DNA from: a bacterium
Lineage (GTDB): Bacteria > Patescibacteriota > Patescibacteriia > 2-01-FULL-39-33
Reading direction: 5' to 3'
Assembly: GCA_037130015.1 (NCBI GenBank)
Contig: JBAXTU010000001.1
Coordinates: 5,153-69,152 of the forward strand
Length of the DNA: 64,000 bases
The notes beneath the pieces were generated by a model that ran no database searches, was not told the DNA's origin, and was given only the letters and a program-made list of their open reading frames with translations. This document shows positions 38,111 through 47,500 of the stretch, piece by piece (positions within the stretch are counted from its first letter, which is position 1; every line of letters begins with the position of its first letter). Position numbers and translations under genes: made by a program.

Positions 38111-38668
38111 TTAAAACTTAACTTCTATATTTTTCTTTTCAGCTTCGTCAGCTTGAAAAAAGTCATATTTTTTAAATTTTAAAGAGGATGCAATGAGATT
38201 GGTAGGGAAGACCTCCATTTGAATATTGAAATCCCTGGCATTACCATTATAAAAGCGACGGGAAGCTTGGATTTTGTTTTCTGTGTCTGATAGCTCGTCT
38301 TGCAATTTCATGAAATTTTGGTTGGCTTTTAGATCCGGATAACTTTCAGACAAAGCAAAAATTGATTTAAGGGTTGAGGATAGCTCGTTTTCAGCTTTGG
38401 CCTTGGCTTCGGTGCCAGTGCTAGCCATGGCTGTATTTCTGGCATTAATTACTTTTTCCAAAGTTCCTTGTTCGTGAGTGGCATAACCTTTGACTGTTTC
38501 CACTAAATTGGGGATAAGGTCATAGCGACGTTTTAATTGGACATCAATGTCAGACCAGGCTTCGTCTGTGCGATTTCTCAGCTTGATCAAGCCGTTATAG
38601 ACAGTAATGAGCCAAACGATGGCTATTACTGCAATGGCGACAATGATCCAAATGATTGTGTTGGTCAT
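38111..38668 (-). CDS. lemA: LemA family protein
   Basis: AWSDIDVQLKRRYDLIPNLV, ESYPDLKA and SRRFYN motifs. Confidence 0.95.
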   Translation of the reverse strand: MTNTIIWIIVAIAVIAIVWLITVYNGLIKLRNRTDEAWSDIDVQLKRRYDLIPNLVETVKGYATHEQGTLEKVINARNTAMASTGTEAKAKAENELSSTLKSIFALSESYPDLKANQNFMKLQDELSDTENKIQASRRFYNGNARDFNIQMEVFPTNLIASSLKFKKYDFFQADEAEKKNIEVKF

Positions 38669-38753
38669 AGTTTTTAGAGTTAGTTATTTCCGCCAGTTGG
38701 CGGGTTATTTAAATTTTAATTAAACTTTGGATTAGACTAAAAATTTGATTTTA

Positions 38754-38762
38754 TGTTATAAT
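38754..38762 (+). promoter_or_regulatory. Extended -10 promoter (TGtTATAAT) upstream of the fibre gene array
   Basis: Preceded by TAGACT at 38733 and followed by TGATCTTTGAA. Confidence 0.5.
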
Positions 38763-38867
38763 AAAATTGATCTTTGAATATTTCTTTCTTTTAAATTTGC
38801 AAAATTTATTGTATAATTATTTTATAACATCAACTGTTGATAAGTCAATCTTTTTAATATTTCATAA

Positions 38868-40319
38868 ATGCCGACGGAAGACGGCAAGTACATGAAAATC
38901 AAAAAAAATAAACTAAAATTACTCTCAATTCCAACCGGCTTTTATATTGTCGGCCTGTCTTTGGTTGCGGTATTGGCCGGTTTTGGCGTGGCACTAGCTT
39001 GGGATGAACCGCTTTCTTCTCCACCACAAGGCAATATTTCTGGACCAGTAAATATTGGAGGTGGTAATCAGACTAAAACCGGAGGTTTAAGAGTAGAACA
39101 GGGCGTCACCACTACCCAGGTTTGTTTTATTGGTGATAATTCTTGTATTTCCTCGGCACTAAATAATGGTTGGTGGGCGCAAAATGGCGCTAATGATATT
39201 TATAATATTAACACTCATTTTGTAGGCATTGGCACCAATAATCCTTCGGCTCCATTGACGGTTTCTTTGGGTGCAGGTATTACATCTAAATTATTAATTG
39301 GTGAAGCAGATCTTAATGAAAATCCTGAATTGCAACTTGGTTATGTTGGTGGTCATTGGGGAATGTTTGTTAATAATGGTCCAAATAGTGAAGCCTCTGG
39401 TTTTGCTGGCAATTTGAATTTTTGGAATAGTAGTAATCGTTTTTCAATAACTTCAGGTGGTTATGTTGGTGTGGGTACGGTAAAGCCAGCCACAAATTTT
39501 GAAGTGGCTGGCACTAACGATGCTGTGGGTACTAAACTTAGAGTGACCAATACGGCTGGTAATCCTGAGTTGCAATTGCAATATGGGTTAGCAACTGGCG
39601 TTGATCATTGGGGAATTTATGCCAATCATGCTGACCAAAGTTTAAGATTTTGGAATAGTAGTGATCGTTTGGTTATTTTGCCTAATGGTGATATGGGTAT
39701 TAAAATTGGTATTAATACAGTCACTCCGACAGCAGTTTTGGAAATGGCTTTACCCAATCAAACCAAGGGCTTGGTTATTCATGTGGCAGGTTCATTGCCA
39801 GACAATCCGTTGGAAATTCAAAATGATAGTGGCAACCCTATTTTTCAAGTTGATTCAACTGGTGTAGCCACGGCTACTGATTTTTGTACTGCTAGTGGCA
39901 AATGCCTGAACAATACGACCAGTGTTATAAATGTTAGTGGTGGGGGTATTTTTGTTGGTTATACGTCTTCAACATATAAGGGTGACAATAGTTCAGGACC
40001 AACCAAGGGATATATTGGAGCTAGTAATCTTTGTACAGCAAATGTGGTTAGTAGTACTCATTGGTGCACTTCTGAAGAAATATTAGGCAGTATTAACGTG
40101 GGTATATCTTTGCCAGCTATTATTATGTGGATTGCCAATGGTCCTCCTGGATATTTAGCACAAAATAATGATTGTTCTGGTCGCACTGCAGGTGTTATTG
40201 GTCCAATAAATAATCGTAATTTTGGTAATGTTTGGGTTTTTCCTTCAGCTAATTATCCGCAAGGCTATGGCTCCATAGTCACCTGTGACAGCACTTATTC
40301 ATTGGCTTGTTGCAAATAG
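38868..40319 (+). CDS. Secreted fibre/adhesin 1 (GIGT repeats, C-terminal Cys-rich lectin-like domain)
   Basis: Signal peptide …ALA|WDEP; three GIGT-type linkers; C-terminal GPPGY…LACCK domain. The start may be ATG 38892. Confidence 0.7.
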   Translation: MPTEDGKYMKIKKNKLKLLSIPTGFYIVGLSLVAVLAGFGVALAWDEPLSSPPQGNISGPVNIGGGNQTKTGGLRVEQGVTTTQVCFIGDNSCISSALNNGWWAQNGANDIYNINTHFVGIGTNNPSAPLTVSLGAGITSKLLIGEADLNENPELQLGYVGGHWGMFVNNGPNSEASGFAGNLNFWNSSNRFSITSGGYVGVGTVKPATNFEVAGTNDAVGTKLRVTNTAGNPELQLQYGLATGVDHWGIYANHADQSLRFWNSSDRLVILPNGDMGIKIGINTVTPTAVLEMALPNQTKGLVIHVAGSLPDNPLEIQNDSGNPIFQVDSTGVATATDFCTASGKCLNNTTSVINVSGGGIFVGYTSSTYKGDNSSGPTKGYIGASNLCTANVVSSTHWCTSEEILGSINVGISLPAIIMWIANGPPGYLAQNNDCSGRTAGVIGPINNRNFGNVWVFPSANYPQGYGSIVTCDSTYSLACCK

Positions 40320-40331
40320 ATTTAATAAAAT

Positions 40332-42674
40332 ATGAATATAAGCAAAGCAAAAAAAATCATTCTCTCAGCATCTTTTGCAATTTTTGCTTTGTTTTTAGTT
40401 GGAATAAATTTTGCTCAAGCTTCTTTGATTTGTGAGACCAATTTTACCAAGAATGGTTGGATTTGCGATGGCAGTCAAGGAAAATCTTGGTGCGGTAATA
40501 ATACTCTTGATTGCAATAATGAGCCTACTCCAGGAACAAATGAGACTATTGATTGCAATACTTGTAGTGCGGTTTGTGTTAGTGGTTTTCAAAATTGTGG
40601 TAGTGGTTGTACTAATATTCCTCATGCCCAAATAATAGCTCCTAATTGTTCAACTTATGATTTTTGTACTGGTCTTTGCAATAGTTGTAGCGTTGATTGG
40701 AATTCTTGCAGTGGTGGCACTTGTAATATTCAGACTGGAACAATCTGTACAGTTAATAGCAAAGAAGGAACATACAATGGGTGTAATTGTATTTGTAGTA
40801 GTAGTGGATTAGCGTGTACTGCTGGTGATGGCCGAGAAGGAAGATATGATAATAGCTGTGTTTGTAATGTTGATACTCCGCCAGCTTTATTAAATTATAG
40901 CAATAATATTTATGATTTGATTTTAAATAAAAATCTTACGGTTTTTGGCGTTAGTAATTTTAATGGAAACATTACAACCGCTTCTACTAGTGTGACTAAT
41001 TTTTGGGGTGATGTTATTTTTAATGGCAAGTTTTGTTTGGGCGCCACTTGTTTTAGCTCGGCAAATATTTCTCAGTGGAACAATGATATTGGATATCTAA
41101 CCACTTCAACCATTAGTTCTACAACTTTAAATTTTTCCACTACCACTATTAATAACTTAATAACAAATCTTAGCTCAAGTACTCTTAATTTTTCAACCAC
41201 CACTGTTAATAATTTAATAACCAATATTTATTCCACCACTAGCGGTGTATGGATTTTGGAAAATAACAATCTTTATACCAGCTCAACTGTTCTTAAGGTT
41301 GGTATTGGCACTACATCTCCAGCTGGTAATTTGCACGTATCAAAAAACCAAAATGACTTGACAACACTTATTGTTGATAATCAAAACTCTGGAACAGTTG
41401 CTGGTTCAAGATTTGAATTAAGAAATGGTGCAACAGAAGCTGACGCAACTAAATTATTAACAATGGGGACTGGATTTACGACCAATGGAGCCTATAAACA
41501 AGACGGTAGTTTATTAGAGTCTGGGGCTAATCTTTCTGGTGGTTTAAGTTTATTGGCAAGAGGGGCATCTGCTGATATGAGATTTTATACTGGTGGTTAT
41601 CTTGATGCTAATCAACGGATGACAATATTAAGTAGTGGCTTTGTCGGTATTGGAACGACAACTCCAGATAGTCTATTAACTGTTGTTGGTAGCTCTTGGC
41701 CTTCTGCGACAGTTAGACTATCTAATGGAACTAATACTGCTTCTATTTTAAAGGTAGAAAACGATAATGGAGCTTTTGCTGAGCTAGATACTGCAGGGTC
41801 AGGTTCAAATATTTATGGTTTGGCTCCTGGAGATAGTATTTTATGGGCAAAGAATAATTTACAATTTGGAGCAGGTGGGGCACGTGATGCAAGGTTATCT
41901 ATAAGTTCTAATGGTAATGTCGGTATCGGAACAACAACTCCAGCAAATAAATTGACTGTGCAAGGTAGTATGTCTGTGGAGGGGACAAATGCCAACGATA
42001 GAATATACACAGCCAATGGTGTTAGAAGTTTAGTTTTAACTGGTATGCCTGGTAGTAATCTATTTAATCAAGGCACTTTATCCATAAATGCTTGGAATGC
42101 TGGTGCTTCAGGTAGAACATTGCTTGGCTTAGGAGTAGCTGATACTCAAGTGTTTAGAGTTGATGTTTCAGGAAATACCGAAATAGCCGGTAAAGTCGGT
42201 ATTGGGACAACTACACCTTCAACTGCTTTATATGTGGTTGGTACGACCACGGCTACTGATTTTTGTACAATTGGAGGTAAATGCCTAGGCTCTATGAGTA
42301 GCGGAATTTCTGGCGTGCAGGTAGTAGCTTTAACTGCTAGTTCATATACTGGTTTAACAGCTAGTAATACTGGTTATAAAGGTGTTGATACTTTATGTAA
42401 TACGGCTTCAACTGGCAGTCATGTTTGTACAACTGAAGAAATAATGAATTATGTTAGATATGCTTCGGCTATCCCTGCTTTTTTGGTAGGAAAATATGGC
42501 TGGATTGTCAGTGGTCCTCCTGGTTTTACGGTAGAGGCGAATGATTGCAAAGGTTGGAGTAGTAATTCAAGCAATGCTTTTGGGCGTCTTTGGAATTTTG
42601 GCGCTGGCGGTCCGCAAGGTGAGGGTGAGATGGCGCTTTGTTTCCAATCGTATCAGTTTATTTGTTGTAAATAA
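40332..42674 (+). CDS. Secreted fibre/adhesin 2 (Cys-rich N-terminus, GIGTT modules, lectin-like C-terminus)
   Basis: Signal peptide, Cys-dense N-terminus, four VGIGTT linkers, GPPGF…FICCK. Confidence 0.7.
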   Translation: MNISKAKKIILSASFAIFALFLVGINFAQASLICETNFTKNGWICDGSQGKSWCGNNTLDCNNEPTPGTNETIDCNTCSAVCVSGFQNCGSGCTNIPHAQIIAPNCSTYDFCTGLCNSCSVDWNSCSGGTCNIQTGTICTVNSKEGTYNGCNCICSSSGLACTAGDGREGRYDNSCVCNVDTPPALLNYSNNIYDLILNKNLTVFGVSNFNGNITTASTSVTNFWGDVIFNGKFCLGATCFSSANISQWNNDIGYLTTSTISSTTLNFSTTTINNLITNLSSSTLNFSTTTVNNLITNIYSTTSGVWILENNNLYTSSTVLKVGIGTTSPAGNLHVSKNQNDLTTLIVDNQNSGTVAGSRFELRNGATEADATKLLTMGTGFTTNGAYKQDGSLLESGANLSGGLSLLARGASADMRFYTGGYLDANQRMTILSSGFVGIGTTTPDSLLTVVGSSWPSATVRLSNGTNTASILKVENDNGAFAELDTAGSGSNIYGLAPGDSILWAKNNLQFGAGGARDARLSISSNGNVGIGTTTPANKLTVQGSMSVEGTNANDRIYTANGVRSLVLTGMPGSNLFNQGTLSINAWNAGASGRTLLGLGVADTQVFRVDVSGNTEIAGKVGIGTTTPSTALYVVGTTTATDFCTIGGKCLGSMSSGISGVQVVALTASSYTGLTASNTGYKGVDTLCNTASTGSHVCTTEEIMNYVRYASAIPAFLVGKYGWIVSGPPGFTVEANDCKGWSSNSSNAFGRLWNFGAGGPQGEGEMALCFQSYQFICCK
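41298..41634 (+). repeat. Module A, 337 bp, repeated at 43464-43800
   Basis: Base-by-base comparison shows identity except for 2 adjacent substitutions (ctt/gct). Confidence 0.93.
41635..41941 (+). repeat. Module B, 307 bp, repeated at 45586-45892
   Basis: No mismatch seen on manual comparison. Confidence 0.93.
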
Positions 42675-42689
42675 TTTTTTTAAATAATT

Positions 42690-44567
42690 ATGAATTTTAA
42701 ACAAGCAAATTTGGCAGGTAAAATTATAATGGTTTCAGCCATGTTGGTTTTTGGTTTGTTTTTTTCGCATACTGTTAATGCTGTTTGTACGGAATTTATT
42801 AATGGCACTCACTGGTGCACGCCAGGCCAAACTCTTTGCGGTACGGCTGTGGCCGGTGGCTTAAATTCTTCTTATTTTTGTTTTGCGACTCAGCCGACTT
42901 GTGGATCTAATCAAGTAGAAAGTTGTGCTTCAACAAATCCTAGTTGTTGTGCTTGTTCCCCTGGCTATACAATGTGCAGTGGAACTTGTAAATCAAATAC
43001 TCCTGTTGGTTGTAAGGCTGGTGAAAGCTGGGATGCCTGTTCCCAGACTTGTACTTGTAGTAGTGGCAATGTTTGTAGCACTAATGGTGCTTGTAATGCA
43101 TCTTGCAGTATAACAGAATCTTATGATGCGATATCTTGTATGTGTGTGAGCAGATTTTATTGGAATTTAATAAATAGCAATACTTTGTCGCCGTATAATG
43201 CTAGTTTTAATGTCGGTATTGGTACAACAGGTACTTCGGCTTCAAATAAATTAACTGTCACTGGATCTGCGTTTATTCCTAATACTAATGTTTCTAGTAC
43301 GGTTATGGTTTCTGGTGCTTATGGTGGTGGTATTTTAATGCAAGATACAAAATATGGTGGAATTTGGATGAATGATCTTGGTGCCACTTTGAATTTCAGT
43401 TCTAATGGAACATCAGCTGGTTTTGGCAGTAATTATGGCCAAATGGTTTTAAAAAATGGTTATGTTGGTATTGGCACTACATCTCCAGCTGGTAATTTGC
43501 ACGTATCAAAAAACCAAAATGACTTGACAACACTTATTGTTGATAATCAAAACTCTGGAACAGTTGCTGGTTCAAGATTTGAATTAAGAAATGGTGCAAC
43601 AGAAGCTGACGCAACTAAATTATTAACAATGGGGACTGGATTTACGACCAATGGAGCCTATAAACAAGACGGTAGTTTATTAGAGTCTGGGGCTAATCTT
43701 TCTGGTGGTTTAAGTTTATTGGCAAGAGGGGCATCTGCTGATATGAGATTTTATACTGGTGGTTATGCTGATGCTAATCAACGGATGACAATATTAAGTA
43801 CTGGCAATGTTGGTATTGGGACAACTACGCCGGGAGTAAAATTAGATGTCTATGGTGGAAGTATTAGGCAAGATGGCGGAACATATAATTTGACCGTAAG
43901 TAATGGCTCAACCGTTACTGGCAGTAATCATCTTATTGTTACTGCTTCTAGTAGCTATATGCAGTTAAATGCTCCTAATAATAGTATAATATTGAATGCT
44001 GGTAATAAGCCTAGTGATTATATCTCATTTAATAGTGGAGATGGAGCAGTGGAATATATGAAGGTGGCTTATGGTGGTGCTGTCAGTATTCCAGGAGCCT
44101 TAGCGGTTGGTAGTTTTAATCTTGCTACAGGCGCTTCAGCTGGTAAAGTCCTAACTTCTGATGTTTCTGGTAATGCCACATGGGCGTCTTTGCCTGCCAG
44201 TGGAGTTGCTGTTTTTGTCACAACCACAGTTGCTGTTTTGGGTGATAATAGTTCCACTTCTGTTTCTCCTGGTTATAAAGCAGTCAATGCTTTGTGTAGT
44301 CAAAAAGTTTCTGGCAGTCATTTATGTTCTGTTTCAGAAATTTTTAACAGTATAAATGCTAATGTGACCATGCCGACGGTTGCAGTTTGGATTTCTAATG
44401 GTCCTCCTGGTTATACAGCCCAAAGCTTTGATTGTAATGGTAGAACCAATAAGACACCAGCTCATTTGGGAGCTATTTGGTTGCCGGCTGGTACGGAAGG
44501 CGCTCCCGAAGGGCATGGAGCCTTGGTAGCCTGTGATAATAGTTGGTCTTTAGCTTGTTGCAAATAA
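42690..44567 (+). CDS. Secreted fibre/adhesin 3
   Basis: Signal peptide, Cys-dense N-terminus, three VGIGTT linkers, GKVLTSD..GNA neck, GPPGY…LACCK. Confidence 0.7.
   Translation: MNFKQANLAGKIIMVSAMLVFGLFFSHTVNAVCTEFINGTHWCTPGQTLCGTAVAGGLNSSYFCFATQPTCGSNQVESCASTNPSCCACSPGYTMCSGTCKSNTPVGCKAGESWDACSQTCTCSSGNVCSTNGACNASCSITESYDAISCMCVSRFYWNLINSNTLSPYNASFNVGIGTTGTSASNKLTVTGSAFIPNTNVSSTVMVSGAYGGGILMQDTKYGGIWMNDLGATLNFSSNGTSAGFGSNYGQMVLKNGYVGIGTTSPAGNLHVSKNQNDLTTLIVDNQNSGTVAGSRFELRNGATEADATKLLTMGTGFTTNGAYKQDGSLLESGANLSGGLSLLARGASADMRFYTGGYADANQRMTILSTGNVGIGTTTPGVKLDVYGGSIRQDGGTYNLTVSNGSTVTGSNHLIVTASSSYMQLNAPNNSIILNAGNKPSDYISFNSGDGAVEYMKVAYGGAVSIPGALAVGSFNLATGASAGKVLTSDVSGNATWASLPASGVAVFVTTTVAVLGDNSSTSVSPGYKAVNALCSQKVSGSHLCSVSEIFNSINANVTMPTVAVWISNGPPGYTAQSFDCNGRTNKTPAHLGAIWLPAGTEGAPEGHGALVACDNSWSLACCK
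44074..44139 (+). repeat. Module C, 66 bp, repeated at 47974-48039
   Basis: Two mismatches; encodes GAVSIPGALAVxSFxLATGAS. Confidence 0.85.
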
Positions 44568-44594
44568 ACTTATTTAAAATTTTTATTTAAAAAT

Positions 44595-47500
44595 ATGATG
44601 AACAAAAAATTATTAACTTTTTTAGGAATTGCTTTAATTGTTTTAGGATTTTTATTATCGTCTCATTCAGCTCTAGCTTTGGTCTGTACAACAAATACTA
44701 CAAAAAGTGGATTTTATTGTTCTAGTCTTCAAAATAAATCCTGGTGTGGTAACGGTACTTTGAATTGTGATTATGAGCCAGTTTGCAGTGGCGCTAATCA
44801 AACTTTTACATCAAGTGATTGTAATAGTTGCACCTGTTCTTGTACTAGTGGTTATACTATGTGTGCTGGTGATTGTAAGATTAGTACTGGTGATTGTCTA
44901 CCTGGTCAACAGTGGAGCCCATGTATGGGTAAGTGTGTTTGTGATTCTAATCATTGTAGTAATAATGGTACTTGCAATATAGTAATTGGATCAAGTTGTA
45001 CGGTGGCATTTAAACCGGGACATTATAATAGTAGTTGTTCTTGTGTTTTTGAAACCCCTCCTGCTTTATTGAATATTAATGATGCCAATATTTATGATTT
45101 GATATTAAATCAAGGTTTGACTGTTTTAGCTACTACTACTCTCGCAGGTACCAACACTTTTGCTACCACCACGGTAAGCAACTTAACTGTAAATAATTTA
45201 TGTTTGAATAATGGTTGTAACTCTGACTGGCCAATAAGTGGTGGTAGTAATGTTTGGGTTTCATCAGGTAATATTATTTATCCAACCTCAACAGTTAGTA
45301 GTGTTAATATTGGGACGACTACATCTTTTGTAAATTCACGGTTTAATGTTTTGGGAAATATAAGTGCTATAAGTAACAATTATATTGCAAATAGTGGTGT
45401 TGGTTTATATTTAGGAACATTTATAGAAAATAATGGTTATGTTTATGGTGGTTCAATAATTAAAAACATTAATACCACTAACGGTGATGGTAATGGATTT
45501 ACTTTACCAAGACTAGGTTTTTTTACTTCAGGTGTAGTTAATGGTAGTCCAGCGCAGATAGCTGAAAGAATGTCAATATTATCAGGTGGCTTTGTCGGTA
45601 TTGGAACGACAACTCCAGATAGTCTATTAACTGTTGTTGGTAGCTCTTGGCCTTCTGCGACAGTTAGACTATCTAATGGAACTAATACTGCTTCTATTTT
45701 AAAGGTAGAAAACGATAATGGAGCTTTTGCTGAGCTAGATACTGCAGGGTCAGGTTCAAATATTTATGGTTTGGCTCCTGGAGATAGTATTTTATGGGCA
45801 AAGAATAATTTACAATTTGGAGCAGGTGGGGCACGTGATGCAAGGTTATCTATAAGTTCTAATGGTAATGTCGGTATCGGAACAACAACTCCTATAGCAA
45901 AATTAGTTGTTCAGACAACAGCACCTAGCGATGGGATTGCGTTAAGTGATGGGAGTAAATACAGGGCATTTTTAGCTAATAATAATAGTAATGGAGCTAT
46001 ATTTGGATTAAATGAGAATACTACCCTGGTAGTTAGGCTTGAGAGTAATAATACTTCTTATATTAATAATGGTTATAATTTTGGTATTGGCACTACCGAT
46101 CCTAAAACAAAATTAGATGTTCAGGGTGGTATTGTTAGTGCAAATGGATATAATTTAAGCGACTCAGCCACTGATAATCTTTTGGTTAATGGTGATTTTG
46201 AAATGAATAATATGTCAGGTTGGTCGGGAAATGGAGTAGTGACTTCTACTGCTGGCAGTTATTCTGGAAAATATGCCATGCAGATAACAGGTAGTCAGCA
46301 AATTTTAAGTGATGATTATATTCCTGTTGACCCAACCAGAGATATTTTTCAATTAGATGCTTGGGTTAAAAAAACAGTAATAGGAGGAGGTTTATATTTT
46401 GGTTATATTGCTTATAACGCTGATAAGGTAGAAATTACAACTCCTCCTTGTGGCACTTATTGTTATTCGGCAGCAGCTGCTTATGTTGTCCCTGTTGATA
46501 GTAGTTGGCATAAATTTTCATCAACAATGGTCGGAGAAGGCACTGTTTTTCCAAATTTCCCTGTCGGGACAAAATATATCAGGGTTTTGGGTTTAATGAA
46601 TTATGGTGGTACTGGTGGTCCTATAACTTTACTTGATCATGTCACTTTAAAGCGATTGGTTAAAGGCCCATTGATTGCTGGTAATAATTTTTCTTCTACC
46701 GGTTTAGTTGATCAAAATCAATATTCAACCTTATACACAACCGCCTCAAATAACTTGATTATTGGTTCTCCTGGCAATGTTGGTATTGGGACAACTACAC
46801 CAGAATCTAAACTACATGTGGCTGGACAAATTTCAACCGCACCATCTTTGTCAGGTTTAGCTGGAGCTGGGTTAGGATTGCAATTTTCTAATTCTTTAAA
46901 AATAGGAATAGGTAGTGACCCAGTAAGTCCGTATGGTGGTTGGTTTCAAGTCAGTAATGGTATTGGGAGTTCTTTCCCACTGCTTCTTAATCCTCTTGGT
47001 GGAAATGTTGGTATTGGGACTACGACCCCAGCAAATAAATTGACTGTGCAAGGTGGTGTACAAATTGTAGATGGTTCGCAGGCTAATGGTAAAGTTCTAA
47101 CTTCTGATGCCAATGGCTTGGCGAGTTGGCAACCTGCCGGAGGTATAATTAATGATGTTTATTTATATAATGGCGCCAGGATAATAACTGTTTCTACCAC
47201 AAAAAATAATTACTTTTTTGGTGGAGCTGGTAATACTGCTATGACTGGAGTTAATAATATGGCTAATGGTAATGGTGCTCTTTTATTTAATGTTAGTGGC
47301 AGGGATAATCTTGCCAATGGTTTTGGCGCTCTTACTAATAATGTTAGTGGTAGCAATAACGTAGCCAATGGTAGTGGCGCTCTTTATAATAATATTATTG
47401 GTTCGGGAAATTCTGCTTTTGGTTATAACTCTCTTTATAATAGTTTGGGTGGTACTAATATTGCTATTGGAAATTATTCTGGAGCAGGTTTGCAAAATGG

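Noticed and set aside
38768-38778. boxA antitermination site (TGATCTTTGAA) for the long fibre/pilus operon
   Set aside because: It overlaps the predicted transcription start and is a short AT-rich match, too weak to call without TSS data.
39940-44567. Diversity-generating retroelement targeting the lectin-like C-termini
   Set aside because: No reverse transcriptase or template repeat is visible. Differences among the three C-termini are not adenine-specific, and the identical repeats are internal and coding. A trans-acting DGR elsewhere cannot be excluded.
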